NCBI GenBank assembly: GCA_913052575.1
Contig: CAJXFK010000003.1
Location: 1,511-65,510 of the forward strand
Reading direction: 5' to 3'
DNA length: 64,000 nucleotides
DNA from: an uncultured Planctomycetaceae bacterium
Lineage (GTDB): Bacteria > Planctomycetota > Planctomycetia > Pirellulales > UBA1268
Below are positions 9,607-17,910 of this stretch, one piece after another. The position numbers and the translations under genes were made by a program. The number at the start of each line of letters is the position of its first letter. Position 1 is the stretch's first letter. The notes beneath the pieces were generated by a model. That model had not been told where the DNA came from and searched no databases. It was given only the letters and a program-made list of their open reading frames with translations.

Positions 9607-9754
9607 ATGTACTCCGACCGAATGAAATGCGATCTGTCACTTAAACAGAATCGACTAACTGGCAACGCGATACACCGCTCCTGCCACTAAACAGCATTGT
9701 TTTACAAAAAAACAGGGAGAAACTTTGAAGCGACAAACCGAACTTACGTACAGA

Positions 9755-10219
9755 TCATTCATTCGCTGTAAATTCGACTCGCTTTGCATCACCCCAGAGA
9801 TGTTCTAGATCCCAGTAGTCTCGTGAATCGGAATCGAAAAGCTGGACAACTACATCACCGTAGTCGAGCACAATCCAACGACTCTCGTTGTACCCTTCGA
9901 TACCTCGCTTCTCATCACCCCAGTTCGCCTTTACGATCCGTTCGATTTCATCAGAGACAGCATGCATCTGACGGCGACTTGATCCTGTTGCAATAACAAA
10001 GTAATCGAACACTTCGGTTACTGATCGCAAATCAAGCACCCGAATATCTTTTCCACGGGTCTCCTCAATGACCTGCGCGATAGCTATCGCCAAGTCATGA
10101 CCACGTGTATTTTCACGAACACTTTCAGAATCAGTTATGGGTTCGTTCACCGGCGGCTCAGACAGTAGTTGTTTGGAAGGGATTTTCTTGAAATGTAAAA
10201 GTAACGAATCTCTGCTCAA
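9755..10219 (-). CDS. rsfS: Ribosome silencing factor RsfS (start uncertain)
   Basis: IRVLDLRSVTEVFDYFVIATGSSRRQMHAVSDEI...EGY..SRWIVLDYGDVVVQLF....R.YWDLE is the RsfS/iojap core. The ORF is open to 10342 but would overlap coaX. A TTG at 10217-10219 is a plausible start. Confidence 0.8.
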   Translation of the reverse strand: MSRDSLLLHFKKIPSKQLLSEPPVNEPITDSESVRENTRGHDLAIAIAQVIEETRGKDIRVLDLRSVTEVFDYFVIATGSSRRQMHAVSDEIERIVKANWGDEKRGIEGYNESRWIVLDYGDVVVQLFDSDSRDYWDLEHLWGDAKRVEFTANE

Positions 10220-10235
10220 GGTGAAACGAGGTGCC

Positions 10236-11063
10236 CTACAGTCCGGAAATTTCGATAGCTGCGATACCAATTCCGGATAGAACGAGGTCGGGAAGCTCTT
10301 GCACAGATGGAATTTCACCCTGAACAGTATCCCTCCAACCACCAGTCAAAAACACGTCAACTTCGGCATCTACCTTTTTACGTGCCTCATCGACTAATCG
10401 ACAAACCGCACCACGAACCCCAAAACCGATTCCTGCAACGATCGCACTGCTTGTCGAACGACCTGGCATAACGGGGAGAGTATCTCCAAGGGACAAAACT
10501 TCAGGCAAGAGACTTGTGCCATCAGCCAGTAGACGAGAAAGTAATGATGGGCCGGGCAAAATAGCACCACCAAGAAATTGCCTGTCTGATGAAACAAGAT
10601 CAACGGAAATAGCTGTGCCACAGTCGATCACAATCGCCCCATGTGAGGGCAACGCCAGACGGCTTGCTGCCGTCGCCGCAGCTAATCGATCAATTCCTAC
10701 ATGTCTCGGATCTTCGGTCATAACCTCAATAGGTAGATGGGAAAAAAGAACTCGCTGCTTCCGAACTGATAGCTTGCGAGCTGCGCTCACGGCTGCAACA
10801 GATGTTTCGAGACGAGTAGCAGCCGTTTCGTAAACACTAGCAATATGAAATTCTGCTGAAACTGAAGCCACCGTCATGAGCCAATTTTCAAAGCCCTCGC
10901 AATCGAAGTTGTGACTGTCGAGATTATAATGGTCTTCTAAACACGGCATGCCCTGGCGAACACCTGAGAGCACGGCTAACTTCACCATCGAATTGCCAAC
11001 ATCAGCAAGGATTGTTGTTCTTCGATCGTCACAGGTGTCTTCAGAAACGTCACCAAACATCAT
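10236..11063 (-). CDS. coaX: Type III pantothenate kinase
   Basis: ILADVGNSMVKLAV, IVIDCGTAISVDLV, GGAILPG and FLTGGW match the CoaX/Bvg accessory factor family pattern. Confidence 0.8.
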   Translation of the reverse strand: MMFGDVSEDTCDDRRTTILADVGNSMVKLAVLSGVRQGMPCLEDHYNLDSHNFDCEGFENWLMTVASVSAEFHIASVYETAATRLETSVAAVSAARKLSVRKQRVLFSHLPIEVMTEDPRHVGIDRLAAATAASRLALPSHGAIVIDCGTAISVDLVSSDRQFLGGAILPGPSLLSRLLADGTSLLPEVLSLGDTLPVMPGRSTSSAIVAGIGFGVRGAVCRLVDEARKKVDAEVDVFLTGGWRDTVQGEIPSVQELPDLVLSGIGIAAIEISGL

Positions 11064-11085
11064 TAGAACTTTCCACCACTACGCC

Positions 11086-12093
11086 TTAAAGCGGCTTGTC
11101 ATCAACCTCAGCACCAAGTCTTTTCGTGATGGCATGAATAAGCTGCTGAAGACCATCTCCAGTAACTGCACTTACTGCAAGCACATCAAGCCCAGTTTCA
11201 CTTGCTAGCTGCTCTCTTACTCTTTCCGCATCATCTAGCTCCGACTTGCTTACGATTAATATCTCTGGACGGGCTCCTAAAGATTCATCGTACAGACTCA
11301 GTTCCTGACGTATCTTCTTATAATTCGCAAACGGGTCACTTCCGTCAAGTGGAGCTGGCTCCACAACATGAACGAGAATGCCTGCTCGCTCAACATGACG
11401 AAGAAACTCATGGCCAAGACCAATGCCAGCATGAGCACCTTCAATCAGCCCGGGTAAATCGGCCAACACGAAACTCTGGTCCAGTGAAACCTCGACAATA
11501 CCCAACTCTGGTGACTTTGTTGTAAAAGCATAGTTTGCAATTTCCGGTCGAGCGTGAGACAGCCGCGACAACAACGTGCTTTTCCCCGCATTCGGAAGTC
11601 CAACAAGACCGACGTCGGCGATCACCTTCAGTTCGAGGGTGACAAGCCTCGAGACACCCAGTTCACCAGCGGTTGACTCACGAGGCGCACGATTTGTGGA
11701 CGACTTAAAATGCACATTTCCGCGGCCGCCAGCACCACCCCTCGCGACGACAACTTTCTCTCCTGGAATTGCCAGATCCTTCAATTGAAGCCCTGTCAAT
11801 TGATCTACAACAATCGTACCTGGGGGCACAAAGAGTGTGACATCTTTAGCAGATCGACCTTGGCAGTTATGAGGGCCGCCCGACTTTCCATGCTCTGCCC
11901 GCCATTGCTTTCGATGGGAAAGGGCAACAAGAGAATCAACGCCAGATTTCGCCTCAAGGATAATGCTGCCACCGCGACCGCCGTCCCCACCGTCAGGGCC
12001 TCCACGAGCAACGTACTTTTCTCTACGAAAGCTACTAATGCCGTTACCACCGTTGCCAGCGACTAGCTCGACCTTGATTCGGTCAACAAACAC
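11086..12093 (-). CDS. obg: GTPase Obg/CgtA
   Basis: (M)FVDRIKVELVAGNGGNGISSFRREKYVARGGPDGGDGGRGGSI, GLPNAGKSTLL and DLPGLIEGAH. The GTG at 12091-12093 gives the canonical MFVD N-terminus with GAGAGG upstream. The ORF is open to 12114 (TTG). Confidence 0.92.
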   Translation of the reverse strand: MFVDRIKVELVAGNGGNGISSFRREKYVARGGPDGGDGGRGGSIILEAKSGVDSLVALSHRKQWRAEHGKSGGPHNCQGRSAKDVTLFVPPGTIVVDQLTGLQLKDLAIPGEKVVVARGGAGGRGNVHFKSSTNRAPRESTAGELGVSRLVTLELKVIADVGLVGLPNAGKSTLLSRLSHARPEIANYAFTTKSPELGIVEVSLDQSFVLADLPGLIEGAHAGIGLGHEFLRHVERAGILVHVVEPAPLDGSDPFANYKKIRQELSLYDESLGARPEILIVSKSELDDAERVREQLASETGLDVLAVSAVTGDGLQQLIHAITKRLGAEVDDKPL

Positions 12094-12129
12094 GTGATGG
12101 CCTCTCGGGCCCAATACTGGGGGGGGAAA

Positions 12130-12381
12130 TTAGCCTACGACTTGGTCAATGTTGACTCGACGTCCTTTGCGATCAAAGCGAACAACACCGTCCAATAATG
12201 CAAAGAGCGTGAAATCATTTCCAATACCAACATTTGAACCAGGATGAAACTTTGTACCAACCTGACGAACTAGAATGCTTCCCGCCGTTACCGCTTGTCC
12301 ACCAAATCTTTTCACACCCCTTCGCTGGGCATTCGAATCACGGCCGTTCCGGCTGGAACCTTGTCCTTTTTTATGAGCCAT
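12130..12381 (-). CDS. rpmA: 50S ribosomal protein L27
   Basis: [53 protein letters not shown] lies upstream of the ATG. Confidence 0.95.
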   Translation of the reverse strand: MAHKKGQGSSRNGRDSNAQRRGVKRFGGQAVTAGSILVRQVGTKFHPGSNVGIGNDFTLFALLDGVVRFDRKGRRVNIDQVVG

Positions 12382-12444
12382 CGCTCAATCCTCGATCTTG
12401 TTGTTTGCATGATTTACGAAACGGAAAGTCGCGTTTCACCAGGG

Positions 12445-14181
12445 CTATAGGATATCCTCCTGCCGGGCATCGCGGAAGTCCCATAAATATTCCTCACCTA
12501 CATTTGCTTCCATAGCCCGTTCGAAAAGGTCTGGACCATCATGCCCAAACAAGCCTTTTAAAAGCTCCTTCCGATCATTTTCAGCTCTATCGACAACCCG
12601 ACCGGGGTCATCCTCGGCTGGGTCAGCCATAGTTAAAAGCTTGGGTAGTAGCACATCAAGTGCTCGTTGGCTTCCCGCCTGCTGAAGTTTCTTGCCATCC
12701 ACCTGCAGAATGTGTAGCAATGCAGCAGTACGAGCAATCGCAACTTCATGGGCAATTTGATCAAGACGAAAAGCTGATGTTCCAAAAAACCGTGCTGCAT
12801 TTTTACGCCGTTTCTCCATATCTGGAGATTTTTCAAGTTCTGCCACAATTTTTGCAAATGAAAATAGTGGCTCAGAAAGCACCGACTCTGGTGTGAGACC
12901 AATTTCATTCAACGATTCTCGCCTTATGATATCTTGATCTGCTGAAACAGGCCCTGCTACCGACCTCAACAGGTCTTCCATCCAACCGATCGTCTGTTCA
13001 CCAAGAAAAGCTGAAACAAGGGTTTCTCGCTCCGCAACGCTATCAACTTTTGCTAACGTTTTTGCAAACATCTCAACTGGTGCTAAACCTGCTCCACCCT
13101 CCCACGCTTCTTTTTCTGGCTCAAGAAAATCTTGCCAACGCACCCCGAGGTTCCGAACGCCTTCGACATATTCTGCCTGCGTCAACGCGGCTCGGCTCGT
13201 TGCCTCAAGAAGGCGTGAACCCATCGCTAATCTTTCAAAAAGTCCAGCGTGAACGACCCTTACTTCCTCAAAGTCATCGTGATCGGCATCTCCGGGATGA
13301 TAGAAATCGAGACGTAAACACTCGAGTTCACGACGCTCATATTCTGGGTCATGCTCAAGATCTGTTTCAAATTCCGCTTCGTGCTCCCAACGCAACGAGT
13401 TCGTAAGCCCGTAAATAAACACCGTAAAAAAATCAATTCTGGGGTCAATGTCTTCCCATATTGCAACACCCCAACGTTCTTCACCTGCCGGGATGGGATG
13501 CTCCGAAATTGAAACACTGTCATGCAACATGTCGTATGGAATTTTTTCTCGACGGCTGATTGGGCCGATTGCCGTCGAAATAATCCGATCAAGATGATCT
13601 TGATGTTCTAAAAGCCCCTCATCTCGACTAAGCGCCTCGTGGGTCTCAAACACGAAATGCGGCCCAAAGGGAATAGGTTCATTTAAATATCTTATTCTTG
13701 GTCTCGTAAAATCTTTTTCACCATCATCGTTTTCTTCAAAATACACTTCTCGTGTAGACCCACCGAATCCAACCACAGCCTCTGCATCCTGATCCACGGC
13801 TTTGTTCCGGACTCTATACAAGAGGTACCAGATCCGTTCTTTATGAATTTTTAGATCTTCCCCTGGAACCTCGATCTCAATAATCCGTGGTGGGCGATAT
13901 GCAAACTCGAGACACCAAAGCTTACGCTGGAACTGCCGATCTCTCGCTAAACCAATAAGCGTCTCATGTGAGGGAGCATGAGATGGATCCCATGCTCCGC
14001 CTCTTCCTTGGGCTAACTCATGAAGATCCACTTTTTGAGAAACGTCATTCACTGATTGATCTGGTGGAATCACAGTGAGACTTTTTGTGCTCGGGAGGTC
14101 GGCTCCAAAAGCTAACATCAAACTTGTGCAGCTAATACAAACAGATGTACAAAAACGAACGAGTTGCTTCACCCCACACAT
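12445..14181 (-). CDS. Hypothetical secreted protein (578 aa, no recognised domain)
   Basis: Long ORF with an ATG start at 14179-14181. Hydrophobic N-terminus FCTSVCISCTSLMLAFGADL. Acidic, with no motif I can assign. Confidence 0.6.
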   Translation of the reverse strand: MCGVKQLVRFCTSVCISCTSLMLAFGADLPSTKSLTVIPPDQSVNDVSQKVDLHELAQGRGGAWDPSHAPSHETLIGLARDRQFQRKLWCLEFAYRPPRIIEIEVPGEDLKIHKERIWYLLYRVRNKAVDQDAEAVVGFGGSTREVYFEENDDGEKDFTRPRIRYLNEPIPFGPHFVFETHEALSRDEGLLEHQDHLDRIISTAIGPISRREKIPYDMLHDSVSISEHPIPAGEERWGVAIWEDIDPRIDFFTVFIYGLTNSLRWEHEAEFETDLEHDPEYERRELECLRLDFYHPGDADHDDFEEVRVVHAGLFERLAMGSRLLEATSRAALTQAEYVEGVRNLGVRWQDFLEPEKEAWEGGAGLAPVEMFAKTLAKVDSVAERETLVSAFLGEQTIGWMEDLLRSVAGPVSADQDIIRRESLNEIGLTPESVLSEPLFSFAKIVAELEKSPDMEKRRKNAARFFGTSAFRLDQIAHEVAIARTAALLHILQVDGKKLQQAGSQRALDVLLPKLLTMADPAEDDPGRVVDRAENDRKELLKGLFGHDGPDLFERAMEANVGEEYLWDFRDARQEDIL

Positions 14182-14333
14182 GACATGCTCCAGGTATCAT
14201 TTCAGAAGTCTTAATTACACAAATTTTCCAACACGATTATTTACAAGGGTGATTAAGAGCCCAAGTTCGATCTCCTACAAAATCCATCATCTAATTCTCG
14301 CTTGCGATTGCCACTGCTGCCAAATCATGAACT

Positions 14334-14365
14334 TTCGACGAAAATAGTCAACTCTTTTCGTCGAA
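14334..14365. repeat. Perfect 11-bp inverted repeat between the ParA-like gene and the 578-aa gene
   Basis: TTCGACGAAAA-(10 nt)-TTTTCGTCGAA. Confidence 0.6.
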
Positions 14366-14469
14366 TTTCACACTCTTCTTCTTACTCACATCATCTTATT
14401 GAGAAGGCATTTTCGTAAATATCAGGGTCTCGAAACCCTTCTGAAACAACTCTCGACAAACCTTCTTTT

Positions 14470-15357
14470 TCATGCAGCCATTTTATTTATTTCGCATGGC
14501 TCATCCTGTCGAATCGGCAGGACCGCAGCATCGACCTCAGAGGCTAGGTTATGGTAGTCCGACGCCCCATTGGAATCATGTGCGTACTCAAAAATTGACT
14601 GCCCAAAACTCGGCGCCTCGGCCAATCTGATGTTACGACGAATCCTCGTCTGAAACACTCTTGCATCTTTCCACGATGGGTGGCCACCTGCCTCGGCAAA
14701 AAAAGATTCTACATCTCGTCCAACCTCAGCAGCGAGACGCGTGCCTGCCTCGTAAAGACAAATTGCTACACCGAGCAAACGTAATCGCGGATTTATATGC
14801 TCCGCGGATAGCTCGATCGTTTCGAGTAGCTTACTAAGCCCGTGCAAAGCAAGAAAATGAGGCTGTAAAGGCAATAACACCTCATCGACGGCTGACATCG
14901 CATTTAATGACAGCAGCCCTAAGGATGGCGGGCAATCGATGATTACGTAATCGAATTGTGGTCGCAGTTTATTATCAACAGTCGTTTCTTCGATATGAGA
15001 ACAACCATTGCATGAAGGGTCATTTTTTATTCTCTCACGAAGAATTGACTCTCTGCCGGAACGACCTGCGAGAGACATTTCTGCTACTGAAAGATCAAGA
15101 TGTGAGGGTACGACCCAAAGGTTTTCATGAGCACGGACAGTCGCTGCCGCCAAGGGTTGATCATTCACCAAAACGTCATAGGCCGTATATGGTGAAGAGC
15201 CCGGCGAAACGCCAACATGAAGTGTTGCGTGCGCCTGAGGATCGAGATCGATGAGACAAACCTGTTTCTCCAAGCGAGACAGTGCTACGGCAAGATTTAC
15301 TGAAGTGGTTGTTTTGCCAACACCCCCCTTTTGATTCGCTATCGCAATCGATCGCAT
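14470..15357 (-). CDS. ParA/Soj-family P-loop ATPase (orphan; no ParB adjacent)
   Basis: MRSIAIANQKGGVGKTTTSVNLAVAL is the deviant Walker A. Also has IDLDPQ and YVIIDCPPSLG. A ~20-aa insertion with CNGC precedes Walker B. Confidence 0.85.
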   Translation of the reverse strand: MRSIAIANQKGGVGKTTTSVNLAVALSRLEKQVCLIDLDPQAHATLHVGVSPGSSPYTAYDVLVNDQPLAAATVRAHENLWVVPSHLDLSVAEMSLAGRSGRESILRERIKNDPSCNGCSHIEETTVDNKLRPQFDYVIIDCPPSLGLLSLNAMSAVDEVLLPLQPHFLALHGLSKLLETIELSAEHINPRLRLLGVAICLYEAGTRLAAEVGRDVESFFAEAGGHPSWKDARVFQTRIRRNIRLAEAPSFGQSIFEYAHDSNGASDYHNLASEVDAAVLPIRQDEPCEINKMAA

Positions 15358-15503
15358 ATCGCTAGCCTCTCGGAATCGGTGCTGAAAAAACTCACATGGG
15401 AATTACCGAATCAACCGTCACTCCAGAAGACAATAGCTTCGGTAAGATGTTCAGCAAAAGACCTGTTTTGGCCATACAATCGAGAAATATGGCTATTTCA
15501 GCT

Positions 15504-16046
15504 CTACTCAAGCCATTTGGCAGTGCTCTCAACCCAAGTTCTCAGCCCATTTGCCATTTTCCCGAGAGCAACACGCCCAGGCCTCCCAACGACCGTGAGG
15601 TTCGCTTCTTGAGGATTTTCACCAAAATCAATCGCTATGACAGCATGGCTGGGCGTCGACTCGAGGTTATCACTGCCGTAAAAAACGATGGCAACATCCC
15701 ATGCCGTGTCGGGTAACGGCTCTAACTCCAACTTACCGCGTTCGAGCCATTGAAAATTTGCGTCTTCAACAAGCCCTCTCCGAAGGTGCACAAGTCCTTT
15801 CGCATCAGTAATATCCTGTACCCGATTTACGTAAAGTTGTCCCGTGCGTCCACCATTGGAGGGCCGTTTGAACCGCCAGAGTTCTACACGTGGTGCTTTT
15901 GAAATCTGCTCAGTGACCTGAATACCATAAAAAGCCAGGCATCGACGGGTCTGCTGCCATTGCCACCAAACACCTACTCCTGCAGCAAGGAAACCGAGAG
16001 CAAGGAGACCCATAACGAGTATCGAACCAGGTACGCTACGGAGCAC
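15504..16046 (-). CDS. Hypothetical membrane-anchored protein (180 aa)
   Basis: Single N-terminal hydrophobic helix ILVMGLLALGFLAAGVGVWW. No recognised domain. Co-directional with the ParA-like gene. Confidence 0.5.
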   Translation of the reverse strand: MLRSVPGSILVMGLLALGFLAAGVGVWWQWQQTRRCLAFYGIQVTEQISKAPRVELWRFKRPSNGGRTGQLYVNRVQDITDAKGLVHLRRGLVEDANFQWLERGKLELEPLPDTAWDVAIVFYGSDNLESTPSHAVIAIDFGENPQEANLTVVGRPGRVALGKMANGLRTWVESTAKWLE

Positions 16047-16175
16047 AAAACTGCCTTTTTATGAAAAACATGCTGAAAAAATAAACGGAGTCGAGACACT
16101 CCTACCTCCAATATATACTTCTTGGAATATTTGTACGACCGTAACGCTACGCCCTCATTGTTAGAGAAAGTACCG

Positions 16176-16403
16176 ATGCCTAACCAGTTCGACTTATACC
16201 GGGATGCTCTTGTCGTCGAAAACCATACCATTTGGCCGGATGATTATGAAGATTGGTCAGAGAACGATCGCAGCCGTATCGAAACACTTCTTCACGCTGC
16301 TCCAGAAGAAGCTTTCAACCTTGAATACGTGCGTCAACATTCCGGATTTGCCCGCGTCATAACAGTCACGCCTGATGATCTTGAACGAGTGGCGGCGACA
16401 TAA
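16176..16403 (+). CDS. Small acidic hypothetical protein (~75 aa)
   Basis: ATG at 16176 preceded by AGAGAAAG. Its stop at 16401-16403 abuts or overlaps the aroB start candidates. The ORF is open from a TTG at 16122. Confidence 0.4.
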   Translation: MPNQFDLYRDALVVENHTIWPDDYEDWSENDRSRIETLLHAAPEEAFNLEYVRQHSGFARVITVTPDDLERVAAT

Positions 16404-17538
16404 CGTGAAACGACACGAAATCCACGTTCGACTAGACGATAACACTGCGGCAACCTCACCGGTTTCTCGCTCGTATAAGATTCATGTTGGTGATGAGATT
16501 CTTCAACACATTGGCGATTTGGTTCGAAATGACAACGTACAGCGAGCAGTTGTTGTTTCTGATCAATCAATAAATGAATCACACGGACATACTGTTACAC
16601 GGTCACTCGAAGCTGCATCGATAACAGTTGATCGTCTTAGTATTCCGTCCGGAGAGGCATCCAAATCTCTCGTTGAATCCGAGCGATTATGGAATGAATT
16701 CGCCCGCCTCGAAATTGACCGCAAAACAGCAATCCTTGCCGTTGGTGGCGGTGTTGTAGGCGACCTCACCGGATTCGTAGCTGCAACGTTTTCACGTGGC
16801 TTACGAGTCTGGCAGATACCAACAACCTTAGTTGCGCAAGTTGACAGCGCTATTGGCGGAAAGACCGGTGTGAATCTTCCTGCAGGAAAGAATCTTGTTG
16901 GAGCTTTTTGGCAGCCCCGAGGCGTTGTGGCTGATATTAACACGCTGAATTCACTGCCAGATCGTGAATATGTCAGTGGACTCGCTGAGGTAGTTAAATA
17001 CGGGATGATCTTGGATCCTGACTTTTTTCAATGGCTAGAAAACAATGCGAATCTCATTCGAGGCCGAGACAAAGAAAGTCTGAACCATGTCGTACGTCGT
17101 TCCGCCGAACTCAAAACGTTTGTTGTCGAAAGGGATGAACGTGAAATAACTGGCTTACGTGCCTGCCTCAACTACGGCCATACGTTCGCTCATGCCTTCG
17201 AAACAACTACTGGTTACGGCACGCTCCTTCATGGAGAAGCCGTTTCCCTCGGCATGATGGCAGCAGTGCGGCTTGCCTGTTCACTTAGTCTCCTAGATCA
17301 AACTGTTGTTGAGCGACAACAAAAACTGCTTGAAAGTCTTGGGCTACCAGTTGCAACGCCTGTACTGAACAACATCAACACTGATGATTTCCTGAAGATT
17401 ATGGCTCGAGATAAGAAAACCGTTGGAGGAAATCTACGATTTGTTCTCCCGGACAAAATTGGGCATGTCAAAACCATGGATGATATCGACTGCATACTTG
17501 TTACATCAGCAATAAAAACGGTTTGCTGCGTGGTCTAG
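16375..17538 (+). CDS. aroB: 3-dehydroquinate synthase
   Basis: AVGGGVVGDLTGFVAATFSRGLRVWQIPTTLVAQVDSAIGGKTGVNLPAGKNLVGAFWQP, plus LNYGHTFAHA and HGEAV. The start is either the ATG at 16375 or the GTG at 16405. Confidence 0.92.
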   Translation: MILNEWRRHNVKRHEIHVRLDDNTAATSPVSRSYKIHVGDEILQHIGDLVRNDNVQRAVVVSDQSINESHGHTVTRSLEAASITVDRLSIPSGEASKSLVESERLWNEFARLEIDRKTAILAVGGGVVGDLTGFVAATFSRGLRVWQIPTTLVAQVDSAIGGKTGVNLPAGKNLVGAFWQPRGVVADINTLNSLPDREYVSGLAEVVKYGMILDPDFFQWLENNANLIRGRDKESLNHVVRRSAELKTFVVERDEREITGLRACLNYGHTFAHAFETTTGYGTLLHGEAVSLGMMAAVRLACSLSLLDQTVVERQQKLLESLGLPVATPVLNNINTDDFLKIMARDKKTVGGNLRFVLPDKIGHVKTMDDIDCILVTSAIKTVCCVV

Positions 17539-17910
17539 AAAATGTCGTAAACATCTGTCGCCGTCTTTTCACTTGGCAGACATTTCATTACGTGGAACCG
17601 TACGGTCATCAGTTTAGAAAAATATCGTTGTCATAACACTTCAACGACATATTGACAGTCAGAACATCGACATGAAAGTAACTTCTTGCAAAAAAGGAGA
17701 GCCGACGTCGCGGGTATGTTTTACAAAAACACACTTGTAGAAAAAATACAAATTCTAGATGGAAACTTTAACCAGAACTCAATAATCATGATTAGCAACA
17801 ACCAACTTCAGTAAGAACCTTGTCACATCAAGATCTAAGCAGTCAGGACTAAAAGTGAACTTGTTAACGCTCCTGATTGAAGCGAACCAAACATCTTACC
17901 GCTCGACTTT

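Noticed and set aside
9698-9710. The 13-mer TGTTTTACAAAAA is shared between the rsfS/argS spacer (9698-9710) and the aroB-downstream spacer (17717-17729). This raised the possibility of a repeated intergenic element.
   Set aside because: Tens of 13-mer coincidences are expected by chance in 64 kb. The match is A/T-rich and the flanks do not extend the similarity.
9755-10342. The long form of the rsfS ORF overlaps coaX by about 107 nt.
   Set aside because: The conserved RsfS core starts well downstream, and the extra N-terminal residues have no homology. An alternative TTG start just after the coaX stop removes the overlap.
16395-16412. A parS-like half-site (CGTGAAAC) near the ParA-like locus.
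   Set aside because: Only one half of the TGTTTCACGTGAAACA palindrome is present, and it lies inside coding sequence at the aroB start. I saw no full parS anywhere in the window.
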